Assembly (NCBI RefSeq): GCF_021028975.2
Contig: NC_059434.1
Span: 65,162,001 to 65,226,000 of the forward strand
Source of the DNA: Sphaerodactylus townsendi
Taxonomy: Eukaryota
Length of the DNA stretch: 64,000 nt
Direction of reading: 5' to 3'
In this document: positions 22,719-37,346 of the stretch, in pieces
Position numbering within the stretch: position 1 is the first letter of the stretch
Layout of the letters: each line of letters starts with the position of its first letter
The notes under the pieces: model-generated
Seen by the model: the letters and a program-made list of their open reading frames with translations, nothing else
Told to the model about the DNA's origin: nothing
Database searches by the model: none
Position numbers and translations under genes: made by a program

Positions 22719-24152
22719 TGCCTTACATCCCCCCTCAGAATCCTATCTATAAACCATGATTGTGGAATTGTTCCATACTGTGTAGTTTGAAGACTGCTGG
22801 GATATTAGAATGTGTGTTCATCATTTTAGTAATAACCATTCGAATATTGCACATGATCAATAAGAATATTATTCTGGATTGGCATGAAGAGCTGTTGTTT
22901 TCTGATCACAAAATTATTTATTTGCTATATTTATACCCTGCCTTTTCCCTCAATGGGCATTTAAAACACAATGATCACAGACATGGAAAGAGAGAGACAC
23001 CCATAATAGACACCCATTCACAGATCTTCTAATTTAGACTCAAGATTGACTTCAACTCCATAAAAACAAACCAAAGTAACAATCCTAAACCAGTTGAGAC
23101 AGAATGTACTGGGCTGTGAGAAAAATTGTTGATGAAGTTTAATTATTTATTTGTATGGACATGTTTTCCATATTTGAGTCTGTCTCCTACAAAATCATTC
23201 ATGACAAACTGGAAAAGGAGCCAGTTTCTGAAACACAAAATAAGTGATTCTAGTGCTTCCAAAACTGTAATTGCTATGGTTATAAATGTGTTCAAAAAGT
23301 AGAAATGCTGTCTTCTGATTCTTTAAACAAAGCAGATCAGATTCTGTAGAGCTGAACAGCAACATTTCACTGTAAAGGAAACTTTTTTATGCTCTTTCAT
23401 TTGTGAATAAGTGTCTGACCCATTCCTTAACCCGTATTCATGCATGCTATCCTGATGACTGCTGAAATTAATTCTCCACATTTCAACACCTAGGCACATT
23501 CCCTTCCACATTCAGAATGGATGACATCAACTTTTTTATCCATGCCCTGCCACTGGATTTTGACACATTTCTGTTAAAGTTTTGATGTATGTTTTGGTCT
23601 AATGATGGTATTTGTTAGGAGGTGACCTTTGTTTTGATTGTTTGGCTGACTTTAGTACTAATAAGCTGAAGGATGAGGTGGATAATGAATCCTGTTTATA
23701 GAAATAATGATAGATGACTTATTTGGAATTCTACAAACACAGCACAGTACAGCTACCTGGAGGAGTCTGTGGAACTGAACCAATCTTATAGTGGGAAATT
23801 TTATTGATTGCACTGAGAGAGCACATTTTAATCATTTTTACTGCACTGTACAGCCCAAGATACTAAAATTCATTAAAGAAGGATTATAAACTTTGTTTTA
23901 AACTGGATCCTAAATTGTTTCTTGATGTACAGTCAACAGCACTGTATATGATCAATCTCAGCTACTAAAACATATAAAAATCAACATGTTTGGTTTTAAT
24001 TGCTCATATGTCTGACCCTCTGTAGAAGCAGCTGTTCATAAAGCTAAATTGGTTCTCTGCTGATAGGAGTCACATTTCAATTTATGCTGGTATTTTTTGC
24101 TCCCTGTCTAACCAGTTCTTATCTTACTCTTCTCTCCTCCCTTTTCCTCATA

Positions 24153-24409
24153 CCTATGTTTCCCTGAAAATAAAACAGGGTTTTATATTAATTTTTGCTT
24201 CAAAAGATGTGTTACGGCTTATTTTCAGGGGATGTCTTATTTTTCCCATGATTTTGCGCCCCCCACGTGACCAGATCAGCTGCACCAGGGAATCTGTAAC
24301 TAAGACTTATTTTTGGAGTAGGGCTTATATTTCAAGCATCCTCCAAAAATCCCGAAAAATCATGCTAGGACTTATTTTCAGGTTAGGGCTTATTTTCGGG
24401 GAAACAGGG
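24153..24409. mobile_element. Tc1/mariner (pogo/Tc2-like) MITE
   Basis: TA flanks, TIRs TGTTTCCCTGAAAATAA / TTATTTTCGGGGAAACAGGG, and a repeated subterminal CTTATTTT motif. Confidence 0.8.
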
Positions 24410-26207
24410 TAGTTGGCCACAGTTCCTGCCCCTCTGCAGGCAGTTCTGTACGTTTGTGCCATCAGTCCTCATTAGTAGAATGTTGTTTTGACAGACAGAA
24501 GGCTGTTCAGACCCGGAGGGGAAAAACAGACTCTCAGACGAGTACTGCTGCAACTTCCATTCACCTTCGAGAAGGGGGGTGAGTTTTTGGAGGAAACACA
24601 GGAGAAGAATGGAGTTGAATCCTACCTCAGGGAGAGAGCAGTGACAGCTCAGGTCTGGCTCAGGAAAAAGAGCAGCGCTTCCTGGCAGTGTAGCAGACCA
24701 GTTGAGCTCTAACTCTGGGAGAGAAAAGAGTGTTCAATTGTTAGGCCTGTCTCTGGTAATGAGCAGAACTTGTACCATTTAGTCTTCCTCTGGGGAAAGG
24801 GCAGGCTGTTGTGGGTGAAATCCTTTGTGTGAGAGAAGATCCAACCTCGCGGTTAGTCAATAAATGCCTGTGCTTGAAAGCACTGTAGAAAAGTCTAGCT
24901 ACTCTCTGAAGTCATAACTGGTTTAAATCTTTGTGCCTCAGCCAAGTTTCTGCTTTGTCTATCTGGACCTATACTGCTGCTTTGTTCATTTAAAAGCAAC
25001 TCATGTAAGGATTCTTGAGAGCATGCAGAAATTATTGAAGAAGAATCAATGTGGGGAAATGGCTTGTGGTGTTATGGACATGCAACAGGTAGAACAGCAA
25101 CTGAAGCCCTTGTTTTTCCCTCATTTCTAGCACCATCTTTATTTCACTTAGAAAACAGCAGTGCAAGTTGAAAGAAATAAAGAGGAATGTCATGTTAATT
25201 TCATGCTCCATTACAATCATGGGTAAAAGTCAGTGTTTACTAAATGGAAAATATGAAATGGGTAACAGAAAAACCATTTTTAAATAGTCTTGAATCTATG
25301 GAAACATTATGGAGGGTGGAGTTAACAGCCTAGATAATGCCTTCAAATATCCCATTCTTATTATAGAATGCATCCAGTAAAGTCATAGTCACTCTCGATC
25401 CACAGACCAATTTATATAGTTCAGAGTACATTTCAAGGCCTTTGATATGTGTTTCCTTTTCTAGCACTAAGCACCAAGCCTGAGCAACAGTATAGTTGTC
25501 TATATAGTTGCTTCTGTTTTACCCATTTTTCTGCTTGCTTGGAATCAAGTACTTGGAGTAAAGAACATGAATTCATACATGGGCGGTGGGAACTTCAAAG
25601 TATTGTTCATTTCTTTTCATCAGTTTATATCTGACATGAAAGCTGGAGAATCCTGGCTCATCAAAGTTATACCACCACTTACCAGTATTAGAAAAAGGTG
25701 ACATGTTATGATCTGAAAGACTCAAGATTCCTCAACACAATGCACTATTCTTGAATGTATTTTAACAATCAAAGAGGTTGAAGACTGGTTAACAAAAAAT
25801 GAGTTTCCTGTCACTGCATGCTTGAGGGCAGAGAGTTATTCAACCTGTATAAGCAACATTTAAATTAGGGATATCACACAATTTATCTGTCACATAACAA
25901 GACCAAGGCTACTTATGCACTTGTGGTCTCCTTCGCATAGAGTGTACGTTCCCTTCAGGTTGAATTCTTGTTTACGAACATGTTTTCCCCTCTTTGGAAC
26001 TCACCAAGCTCTCAGATCAGACAATCCATATAGTTTCTGAAAGTTCTCAAAGTGTGACTTTGTCTCTCCCTTCTCAGGGAAAGCAAAGGAGATCCATATG
26101 TGTTAGGCTTTCTTCAGGTTTTCTTATTCCTCCTCACTTTCCTCTACCCACATCACAGCAGTTCCTCCTGCTCCTCAAGTCCCCATTTCAGAACAAACAT
26201 CTCTAAG

Positions 26208-26417
26208 TAGGGTTGCCAACCTCTAGGTAATATCTGGAGATCTCCTGCTGTTACTACTGAACTCCAGGCAACAAAGAAAATAGCCATTTGGAGAAAGCAG
26301 TCACTTTGGAAGGTGGAATTATACCGCACTGAGGTCCCTCTCATCCTTAAGTCCCACCCTCACATGTTCCACCTCCAAAATCTCCAGGTATTTCCTAAAT
26401 CAGAGCTAGCATTCCTA
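26208..26417. mobile_element. TAGGGTTGCCA-type MITE
   Basis: TAGGGTTGCCAACCTC..CTCCAGG..GCTAGCATTCCTA. Related decayed copies lie near 42000-42150 and 49370-49520. Confidence 0.65.
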
Positions 26418-26540
26418 TTTCTAAGGTCCATTTTGACATGCATATGCTATGGAATTTTAACACCAAAGACCTGTGAATGATGGTGATAGTAGGGAGGAGA
26501 GTGAGAGAGGTATGGGGTCACTTTACATAGGCAGCCGTTA

Positions 26541-26822
26541 AAGAAGAGAAGAGTTTAGATTTATACCCTGCCTTTTCTCCTCTTACAGGCTTACAAACTC
26601 CTTTCCCTTCCTCTCCCCACAGCAGACACCTTGTGAGGTAGGTGGGGCTGAGAAAGTTCAGAAGAACTGTGACTAGCCTAAGGTTACCCAGCAGGAATGT
26701 GGGAGTGAGGAAACACATGTGGTTCACCAGATAAGCCTCTACCACTCAGGTGGAGGAGTGGGGAATCAAACCTGGTTGTCCAGATTAGAGTCCACCTGCT
26801 GTTAACCATTAAGGCATGCTGG
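26541..26822 (-). mobile_element. Squam3-like SINE, near full length
   Basis: Reverse complement of head, core and (TTC)n-type tail. Confidence 0.85.
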
Positions 26823-26839
26823 TTCTGAATTGAAAAATT

Positions 26840-26900
26840 CAGAGCCCTTAGGGGATGGGGCGGTCTACAAATATAATAATAAATAAATAAATAAATAAAT
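26840..26900 (+). mobile_element. L2 extreme 3' end
   Basis: CAGAGCCCTTAGGGGATGGGGCGGTCTACAAATAT plus (AATA)n, matching the terminus at 12560-12617. Confidence 0.8.
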
Positions 26901-28861
26901 ATGGTAGGACTCCATGGATATATAATACAGCTGCTTATCATATAGATTATACATAATGTTGACCACCCAAATAATGTCAACAATATGACTGCTGTGATCA
27001 GTAAATCCAAATGATAAACAGTGTTCAAAAATCACATTCCCCATGTAGCCTTCTCAATATACAAGTATCCTCTGAATGCCTATTACAATATGATGTATTC
27101 TAAAGACAAAGAAAAAAAATTGAAGGTCCTGTGGGATAGGAGCCAATTAGCAAAAACTGGCAGACTTGGATGAGAAGGAAGATCAGCCATGGGAATTAGA
27201 AGGTTGGGGGAATTTGTACATGATATTGGTTGAGGCTGATGTAAAATATAATGAAGCTAGGATGTAGAGCAAGCCAACGTATAAGGTTGGAAGTGCGAAG
27301 AAAGAGTTATCACTGCTGAGATTATAATTTTTATCAGAGTAATTGGTGCTTGAGGATTAAATGGTTCCTCTTTAACAAATCCTTATACATAATTTGTCTA
27401 AGGGATGTAATGTCTGATAACGAACCCCTGGCCAATGAGTGTGCGGGACTCACGTCCCTGCCCACCTTCACCCAACCCAGGAGCTTCCCCTGCCCCAAAC
27501 AATATGGGCAGCTCTCACTTACTTTGGTATCACAGGAACAACTCTAGAGTACATAGTCTCAGGATGCTCAGTTATATATTTTGAAGACTAAAGAGAATTA
27601 GCATGAAGGACACAGGACTGATTACAAATAACTCTTATACCAATTACTGCTTTTCTCCCTTCAAGGAAGGCACTCAAAATTCAAAAGTTTTTGAGAGCAA
27701 ACTGTCTCTTAACTTAAAGTAACAGTAAATCTGTTTTAAGTGAGGCCTGGAAATGAGCCAATTTTTGCTAGTTGTTCTATAACATTAATGCTGTAATTCA
27801 AATGGAAAAGAACATAAAGGGTTTTCAAAGCACAATGCATATTTGCAGTGAAAACTAAGCATCCTAAAATTGGGACTTGTAGATGAAGTGTTGACTGTGA
27901 TTTCAACTCTAATGCCACAAGCTGTACTTCCTTAAAAAGCAGATGGCTCGTAGAATTCTGATCCAGAACCCCAATATGCCAAGAACTTGGCTTATGTTGA
28001 CTTATGTCTTACTTTTTTCACTCCTTGCCATGAAACTGAACTGGCTTCCTTTTAAGTCCTTCGGTTTACTTGTTTGTGGATTCAGTAGTAGATTGCCTGA
28101 TCTAATTTGCCAAAGTCTTCATAAATAAACCCAAGGTGTTCTTTCAGAGAAAACAATGCTCTTTCTGAGAAAACGAAGAGTGGAGGGGGGTTGGTTTGGT
28201 TTTTTATATTTGATAAAGAGAGCATGGCAAAAGGGACAGTGTAACAAAGGCAACTGGTGGGGAGAAATTCCCTAAAACATTTAAAAAACATTTTCAATTT
28301 CAAATAAAACATAATAAATGTTTTATTTCCTGCCTCAAAACATTTTAAAAGGTTTGTGAGGAAAGAGTCTATGTCTCCCTTGGACCATCTAAGTGCCTGA
28401 GAACGAAACGTATTTTTCATCAGACCCTTGTAATTTCTCTCCCATTGTTCATGATCTCTGTTAATACAGTGACTTCAATCTTGCTATGTCTCTTCAATGC
28501 TTTGACTTTGCCAGCACATATTGATCTGTACACTACCCTGCCATGGGCAACAGCATAATTAATTGCTGAGTGATCTGCAAAACAATTAGAGACCTCCTAA
28601 TAGTTGAACAAATAGATGAATGGAGTTGTTGGCCTAATCAGATACAGCTGTAGCTGTTGGTAGACCCGAACACCTCTTTCACATCTCTCCATTTCTACTT
28701 TTTTCTCATAAAGATCAGGCTGCTTCCTGACATAGCTCTTTTCCATTAAACCTTTGAATTGTGTGTGAGTGAAAAGAAAACAATGTAACGGGAGTTTTCA
28801 AAAAGGACTCCATTCCTCCTGATAGAACAGATAAAGAATTAATTGTTAGGGAGTTCATTTA

Positions 28862-29012
28862 TATCTTCACAACAACCATGTGATATAAGTTAGGCTGAGA
28901 GTACGTGACGATCTCAAGGCCACCCAACAAGCTTCCATAGCATGAGTGGGGATTTGAAGGTGGGTCTTGCAGATAGATACTAGTCCAACACTCTCAGCCA
29001 CTATACCACACA
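28862..29012 (-). mobile_element. Older Squam3/MIR-like SINE
   Basis: CACAACAACC.TGTGA..TAGGCTGAGAG..CAAGGCCACCCA..GCCACTATACCACAC. Confidence 0.7.
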
Positions 29013-32000
29013 TTAACATTTCTATCAGTTTCAAAAAGAAAAGCACCTCAAATCTTTGAAACCTTGAACACAGCATTTTAATGTTCAACTTAAAATACCA
29101 GCTTTTAAAAAATTATCGGTGGCTATTTCTTATTCATCCGTTGAGGAACATTTCAAAACGTCACTAGTGAAGCATCACATTTGAAGAAATTATGCATATA
29201 CCTAGTGGCACCCATGTAATCAGCTCAGGGAATGTGTGGGAGAGACTTATGTAGAAGTGTCACTTCTCGTTCAATGAATCTCTACCTCCACATTAGAAAA
29301 CTCCAAGCAGTCACTGTGATCTGAGTGATGAAAGCAGTTCATTTTTGAGCCAAAATCACAACATTCCATATGCAGGTATAAGTTCATGAAAGCGGCATGT
29401 CTCAATGAACACTGTCCAGGTGTGAGCCCAGTGGCAGCCCCACAAGCCCAGACAGCCAGAGGCAGCAGTGTGAGCACACCTTATCCCACTTTGTCCATTT
29501 CAAATGCTAGAGACTTAAATGCTAGAGACTTAAATCTGGCTTTCCAGATTTAAGGGTGGGCAGGGGAAACCCATAACTAATAATGTCTGCAAAGGACGGT
29601 AGCTTGAGATTGGCACAGGAGAAAACTAATTAGTGAAACTAAAACTAATTAGTGAATTGATAGCACATAATAAGATTTGTCATTAGCAATGAACAATTAT
29701 TTGGAGAGGTAAACGTGACATATCCAAAATAATAAGGAACAGCTATTACAGAATGGGCTAAACAATACAATTTTCTGTGCAGCTCCTAACCCACTTCTGG
29801 TTTGAAACACCAACATTCTAAAGATAGCATATAAGCACAGCATTTGTATTACACAAATCCTTCTTTCATAGTTTCTTTGCATTCATGGCTGTAGTGTCCC
29901 AAGGGTCAGATGACATGATGGGTTAATAAACTAGCCATCCCCATCTGAAAGCCTGAGTTCAGAAGCACTTTAGAACCTATACAGAAAGGAGTTCAGTGCT
30001 TTTGTCCTTATCTTCTGTTATGTAAGGGAATAAGACATTTAAAAAATCCTTGAAAAATGACTAGCATTTTGGCTATTTCCCAATTTAATTTCCTGACACA
30101 TATTCCATTGCCTTCCATTCAGCTAGAAACAAGCAGCAATTTTAATGTAGGTCATAAGAAAGGCAACAAACACTTTGCAACGTTAGCATCAGCATTGAGG
30201 GGGGATGCTGGTACAGCTCTACTGGAGTCCCACTTGAGACTTTTCCTGTAGAAAAGAAAGATTTGACAGATTTCTTCCTAAACTATCACAACTGCTTTGA
30301 ATCAGAATGTTCCCCATGAATGGTGTACATCAGAGCTGGATTCAGTATTATTGAATAATCAGTTTTATGCATGATTAGTTGCCCGTTGAAAACTGCAGCT
30401 GACTGTTCAGGCATTACATTGACATAGACTAACAGTTTCATATCACAATAGTTACAGTCATTAAACAGAATCGATCCAGCAGTCAGTTCTGTTAGAAAGC
30501 AATTAAAGGAAGCCAGCCATTTGGGTCTTCTTTCTTCCGAGTAGTATCTAGCTGAACACATTATGACATTATTGTTCTCTGTGTTGACCCACACTTCTTT
30601 CTCACTGTTGAACATCAGCAACAGGAGTTGGGAAGCATAAAGTGCAAGATGTTGCATCTTGTGAAGAACTTGGGAGGGATTAGGGTCAAAAAATGAAGGA
30701 ATGCATGGGTTTGAAATACTTTTGTAAAAAATGTCAGGAAGAAGCAATTGCTCACCCTCATCTTCTTCTGGCCTTCCCTTTTTGGCACGGTAGAACAGAT
30801 GCTATAACTGAGGTTTGTGATTGCACTATGAAGATAAGGTCTGAAGCTCTGGATCAAAGAGAAGGAGTTTAGGGTCAGCTCCTTCCCACACCAATGTCAA
30901 TTCTCCCTAAATTCCCTTAGGAAATCATATATTGGAATGTCATAACTTGCTACATTCTGATAGGCTTTGTCAACATGATTTGATAAGGGTTGATTCTCAA
31001 TTCTATGTGTTATAGGAATGCCGTCACTATAACTCTTACCATGATTTAGGGATTGCTCCTATTTTAACTAAATGATATACATTGGCAGTGGCCAAGTATC
31101 TCTTCACCCTGTTTTCCTGAAAGAAATAAAGACCCCCATCTGCTGCTCAAGATCATTAGATCAAAAGACCTTGAAGGAAAAGAAAGATTTTCCCTAAAAT
31201 GAAGGTGTAATATTGGTGTAAATAAGGTAATACATTTGTATAGGAATGAATGCCTTCATGGAATCCTTCTGCAGCACCTAGGTTTGTACCTCCATGGTAC
31301 AGAAAATAAGACGCATCATAGCAATTCTTCTGCCAAAAGGAAATGTCAGAAGAGATCCCCTTATCTACTTAAGATATGAGCTGCAGCAACAGGTTTCAGC
31401 TACAAAATGATGTAGGTTAAATATTGTGAAAATGTACCTAATTATACAGACCGCGTAACATAGGCAGCCTGAGGAAATCCTGGAGACTCCTTCTGCCCAG
31501 TTAAAGCTGGACAGACTTATGTTCATGCAGAGGGGATCCTTAGGGGAGCAGATGGCACTCACAGATTTGAGGGACCCCAGCCAACATTATGATTCCAGGT
31601 GACTGAGCCGCCAGCCAGGCTTCTCTAGAAGAAAAATGTTAAACACTGATAATTCTGACATTGTTGCTTTGTGTTATGACTGAGCTTCTTTCATCAGTCA
31701 CCAGAGCTGTCCAAAACTCCATTCCTCTTTGCTGGCCATCCATTGCCCAGGCAGCATAAAAGTGTGTGAAAAGGATCCCTCATATTCTCCACGCTAATGA
31801 GACTCTGTGGAAATTCGCTGGCAGTTCACAAATGGAGATATTGTTGAATTAAGGATGAAAATGAATAATGCTATTTGTGCTATCATCTCTGAAAAATGTG
31901 TTTTTGCATGAAAACCAATTTTACTACACTACCTGAACAGTACTGGAGATTGTTATATGGGACAAGTACATCAATGTCACAGGTCATATCAGATGACAAG

Positions 32001-32832
32001 CTAAAAGTTTTAAAAGCTAAATTAGAAACTACTACATACTTTGGCTTGGCACAGGTAAGGAGTCAAGGACAGTTTTCTAAAGCTGACTGGGCAGGGGAAA
32101 GAGTGCCATGAATAATATTCCTTAATATGTATTCATTTATTACATCCTCATAAAAATAAGGGATATGAATAATAATTAAACAGGCAGCCCAATTCACACA
32201 CCTAGATAGTCAGGGACACCACCGCTGCCACACACACACACCCTTCAGAGGAGTTTCCAGTTGTGCAGGGAGGAAGAAAAAACAAAAAACCACCTTGCTG
32301 CCATAAAGCCCTCTATAGGTCTTTATGGGCTTATAGCATCCAAAAGGATGGCATAAGCCAAGTTGCGGCCCACAGTGTAACTGGCAGAAAAGCTGGGGTG
32401 GAAGCAGACTAACGTCTGCTCCACCTCTGAGAATGCCTCCGGCACGCTCCCACTGCGTCAACAGGGTCAGCAGTGGCAAGCGCTGGCATGGTACACAGCG
32501 CTGCATTGGGGCATCTGTCCACTAGCATGTTTGTCCCTCCACCAGGCTAAGAGCACCGGGAGGGAAAATCTGCTTATGCCGGCTTGCATCACCTCCATGT
32601 TGATTCTTCATTCCCACCCCGGTTTGCCAATGAGTATATTTAAATTGACTTCTTAGGCCAAGAGCCTCCAACCTTTCAGAAACTGTGAGCACCATCACAA
32701 TTCTGACATAAGGTTGTGGTTGCAACCACAAAATGGTTGCTACAGGAGATGAAACCAACCATATAATGGCTGTTGCAGACATGTCAAGAAGTGAATTCCA
32801 GCAGCAGTTAACTGTCACTGAATCCTCTTGAA

Positions 32833-33477
32833 ATCAATAGAACGTAATCAATAGAATCATACAGTTGGAAGAGACTACAAGGGCCATCAAGTCCGATCAC
32901 CTGCAATACAAGTACACATAATCGAAGCACTCCTGACAGATGGCCATCCAGCCTCTGTTTAAAAACCTCCAAAGAAGGAGACTCCACCACACTCTAAGGA
33001 TTTTTTTGCTGATGTTTAGGTGGAATCTCTTTTCCTTCACCTTGAACCCATTAATCCTGGTCCTAGTCTCTGGATCAGCAGAAAACAACTTTGCTCCCTC
33101 TTCAATATGACATCCCTTCAAATATCTAAACATGGCTATTATGTCATCTTTTAACTTTCTCTTCACCAAACTAAACATACCCAGCTCACTAAGCCTCTTG
33201 TCGTAGATGGGGCATAAATTCCTGACCTTTTACCATTTTGCTTGCCTAGACCTGTTCCAGCCAGTCAATATCCTTCCTGAATTGCAATGCCCGTAACTGC
33301 ACACAATATTCTAGGTGAGGTCTAACCAATGCAGAATAGAGAGGTACAATCACATCCCTCAATCTAGACACTATACTCCTATTGATACAGCCCAGAATCA
33401 CGTTGGCTTTCTTGACCACTACATCACACTGCTGACTCATGTTCAGTTTGTGGTCTACTAAGTCTCCCAGATTCCTA
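32833..33477 (-). mobile_element. CR1 LINE 3' fragment
   Basis: Frames [45 protein letters not shown] and VESPSLEVFKQRLDGHL, with a (ATTCTATG)-type tail. Confidence 0.95.
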
Positions 33478-34572
33478 TGCATTTGTGCATTTGATGCATT
33501 TATTTAATTTATTCAGTCATAAATTGTTCAAAAAATTGTAACAAAACCTGAAACAGACCATAGCCCTATTCTTATTTTCATTCCTTATTTTCCTTGAAAT
33601 CAAAATAGAGAAGAAAAAAATGGCAGCCAGGAGCCTTCCCAATTGGAAAATTGGCCCACTTGAGAGAAGACTTCATTTTTCTGTTCACTTGTAAAATGTA
33701 AGAGTTGAATTGAACCTGGAATGCTATTCATACATACAATTATATCATGGCATCAGTGCAGAAGTTCCTAATTCTGGCTTAGCTGTAAAAGTCAGCACTA
33801 GTGTGAGATTTCTGTGCCATCTCCATTTCATCAAGTCTCAAGATTTAAGCAGTTTGGGGCATTGATATTCTTAAGCAAAGGGAAGACTGTAGAAGGTATA
33901 TTTTTCTCCATGATAAGAGAGTTTCTTTTTACAACCATACTCACAAATAACAGATTGGACCAAAGTCCCTGCAGAACAAGAAGCTTAAATTGCAACCGAT
34001 ATTGTGTAAAAATAATCTTCTTTTATGAAAATAAAATTGGATTTGAATCGATTTTAAGGAATGGCTGTGTTCTTCTCCCATTATCATGTATGTTCTATAA
34101 CCTCAGTGTTAAAGCTCAGGTTCACACTGGACTAATGCCTAGAAGTGAATACCCAAGTACTTGGAAAATGTCTGTCACAAACAGTAGAGAAGAGACAATG
34201 TATTAATGAGAATAATTATGTAAAGAATTCTGTAATTAAACTTGATAATGCGTAATCATTTTTAAAAGAGATAAATGGAATTTAAATCCATATGAATACT
34301 TACACCCATATCATGAATAGATAACTTAATTGCATTTCTACAGTTACTACTTAATCAAATAAAGCTTTTCTTTTATATATGGTGGTCTAATAAATCATTG
34401 TTGTTAGGCAGTAGTGTGCTCCTGTTCATTTGTATTAATTAGATGCACATTAAGTTCTTTCTGTGCTTTCTAGGAGTTGTAGCTTGATCTGAGTATATGC
34501 TAAGCACAATGAATGACACTGTTGCTGATCCTTCGCGTGCCTAACTATTTGTGACAGCCTCAGGCAGCCTCA

Positions 34573-34890
34573 GGGAGCAGCAGTGGTGTAGTGGTTAAGA
34601 GCAGGTGTACTCTAATCTGAAGGAATGGGGTTTGATTCCCTGCTCTGCTGCCTGAGCTGTGGAGGCTTATCTGGGGAATTCAGATTAGCCTGTGCACTCC
34701 CACACACACCAGCTGGGTGACCCAACTTGCCAGGCTAGTCCACAGGTTCTTCCCAAGGCTCTAAGCCCCACCTACACTCCCACAGAGGTGTTAATGTTTT
34801 GGCTGGGGACAATGGCCCAAGGAGATTGTCAGCCCCTTTGAGTCGCGTTACAGGAGAGAAAGGGAAGATATAAATCCAAACTCTTCTTCT
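34573..34890 (+). mobile_element. Squam3-like SINE, full length
   Basis: tRNA-like head, core, and the GATATAAATCCAAACTCTTCTTCT tail. Confidence 0.9.
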
Positions 34891-35387
34891 TTTTTATCTT
34901 ACCTGTGTTGGACAGGTTGTCCACCTTTTCCAACATATGCAGTTAAGGGACTTGATGTTAACTCACAGGAATCCAAATCCAAAAAGCTCTCAAAACTTTT
35001 CCTCTCAGAGAGATACCTCCTACGTCTCTAAGTCAGCTGGTTGCTCCACCAATAAGAGTGTAAGTCAATTTACCCAATCAGTGCACCTAGGCAGTTTCCC
35101 CCCATTCTGTTGTAATATGCTGGTGGAGGTGCGTTTCCGCTGCCATGGGAAACAGAGTTTGTTTCTGTTTGTGAGTAGCTATGATGCTGCATTAAGACTT
35201 TTGATTCTGTTTCTGTTGCCTTCTATTTTTGATTCTTATCTATCTTTTACAATTTTTAAAGTTTCCTCAGTCATTCATTGTGTCTTATCATCTCTTTTGG
35301 CTACAGGAATAGTCTGTACACATTCTTCTCAGTTAATATATTTATTTATAACCCATAATTCTTCTGGTTTGCATTTACTTAAACTCA

Positions 35388-35883
35388 GACCCTTTCTGCA
35401 TGGCTGAAAGGGTGCCTCTCCACCGGCAGAAATTATGCCAGTGGAGGGGAGGGGGCCGTTCGCATGGGAGTGTGCGAGCGGCCCCCACAGAGGCCGGCAT
35501 AGAAGAGGCGGCTCCACATGGAGCCGCCTCTTCTGCATCCCCCTGACTCACCTCATCCTCCAGCTTCAGTCTGGAGGGCTTCAGGGACCTGCCCACACTG
35601 CCCTCCAACCTCCAGGGGTCAGAGGGCAGCGTGAGCGGGTCTCAGCAGCCCTCCAGACCGACGCTGGAGGCCGAGGTGAGTGGGGGGGATGGGAAAGTGG
35701 TGTCTTCAGTGTGGTGCTATTTGCAACCCACCGATGAGAAGGCGGCGCTTTCCAAAAACCTCCCTTAGGAAGGGAGGTGGAAGGCGGTGCCTACATGCCA
35801 CTCGGAGTCGCACGAACGGTTCCCCATGGACTAGTGTTTTTCCATCCATGGGTCGCTGTTTTTAGCCCCATGCAGAAAGGGCC
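35388..35883. mobile_element. Harbinger-like MITE
   Basis: TIRs GACCCTTTCTGCATGG / CCATGCAGAAAGGGCC with 3-bp flanks TCA/TTA. Confidence 0.85.
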
Positions 35884-37205
35884 TTAGTAATATAATCTGT
35901 TCTTTACACAGTTTTGAATGTTACAGCCTTGCCATCAGCTTTCCTGTTCTATTCCAGGAGTTTGGAATCCAGAGGCAGATGGGTACATGCCATAGTTTCT
36001 TTTTCCAGGCAGAGAGGCATGTCTCTGGGGATCCATATGATCCCACAGCATGACTCAGCCCATGGGGTCTATATACCAACTGGAGTCAGTCCTCCTGCAT
36101 ATACATCTTGTAGGTAATACAAGCAACATAAAAGTAAGTTTGTTTCCTAGTAGAAATGAAATAACCAGATTTTCTTTTTCTTAATAGGTCTGTATAAAAA
36201 TGCTGTATATGAAAATGTAAATTACAAGAACAGATGCTTGTAGTTATTATTACAAAATATTATAATAATCTTTATTTTAATAGAGATGATGTCATATACA
36301 TATAGGGAACAGGAAATGATGCATTTATTTTCTATCATCTCTATATAATTTATATAGTTTCCCCAGCCATTGTAGATTGATATGGCTTTTATTTTAAGAA
36401 TTGGATTAAAAAAAATAAAACTCTAAATCAAGAACTTATTAATTTTCAGCAAAGATCTATAAAGTAGAAGCCAAATGAAAAGAATGTTTATAATGGCAAT
36501 GCTGATGCAGTCTTTATTTTGAAGATATGAATAACTATAATGAATGCTTCAATTGATGTTTTGCTGATTCTTTTGCTGAAAAACATTCTGAATTTTTCTG
36601 GCATTCAGAAAAAAATAGCTTAATGTGGCCAAAATGTTTATCCAGTCATTATCACATTGACAATGTTTCTTTTATACTCAAAGGAAGTCAAATAATGAAC
36701 CAATTCAAGCAAATGTGTGAAACGTGCATATTTAGCATCTGTTATGTTCTTTCTTGGCAGCATTGTTTTAAATGGGAAAATCAGGGCCAAGAGCTCGACC
36801 ACCAGCTAAGGAGCAGTTGCTGTAAATCAGACATTATTGACAATTGTTTGTTTTCTAGGACTCTGTTAATGTTGACTGTTACAGGATATTTCTCGCCCCC
36901 CCCCCCCTTATGTTGTTTGATATTGCAACAAGGCTTCTGTTACTGATGTTCATATCCTTGAGCTTATTTTATCTATTGAACAAAAATCCTATTCCACCTT
37001 TCTGCCCTCACAAGTACCATCAAGACGACCAACAAATTAAAGCATACACAACAAAATCCCATTTTAAAATCGTTAAAAACACATCACTAAAACAGTTAAA
37101 ACTAGAGCAAAATACATACAATCACATAAAATAATGTTTAACCTACTTGGTGGGAAGGATAGAGCATGAAGGGAAAGCTAAACAAAACAAAAAGTATCTA
37201 TTCTC

Positions 37206-37346
37206 CTTGGGTGCTGTGTGGTTTCCTCTGAAGATGCCAGCCACAGATGCAGGCGAAACGTCAGGAGAGAATGCTGCTAGAACACGGCCATACAGCCCAG
37301 AAACCACACAGCACCCAAGTGATTCCGGCCGTGAAAGCCTTCGACA
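37206..37346 (+). mobile_element. Penelope-like terminal-repeat insertion with an inverted 5' segment
   Basis: 37206-37225 is the exact reverse complement of 37300-37319. Flanking direct repeat ATCTATTCTCCT at 37196-37207 and 37347-37358. Confidence 0.85.
37222..37268 (+). ncRNA. Minimal type I hammerhead ribozyme motif
   Basis: Stem I TTTCCT/AGGAGA; CTGAAGA at 37228-37234; stem II GCC-A-GC/GC-A-GGC; GAAA at 37255-37258; palindromic ACGT helix III; GTC cleavage triplet at 37260-37262. Confidence 0.8.

Noticed and set aside
30286-30747. 153-aa minus-strand ORF
   Set aside because: Non-ATG start, no recognisable domain and no clear splice boundaries.
35958-36112. Plus-strand AG..GT bounded open segment (also the strong donor near 32054)
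   Set aside because: Peptides are unrecognisable and no consistent multi-exon plus-strand model could be built.
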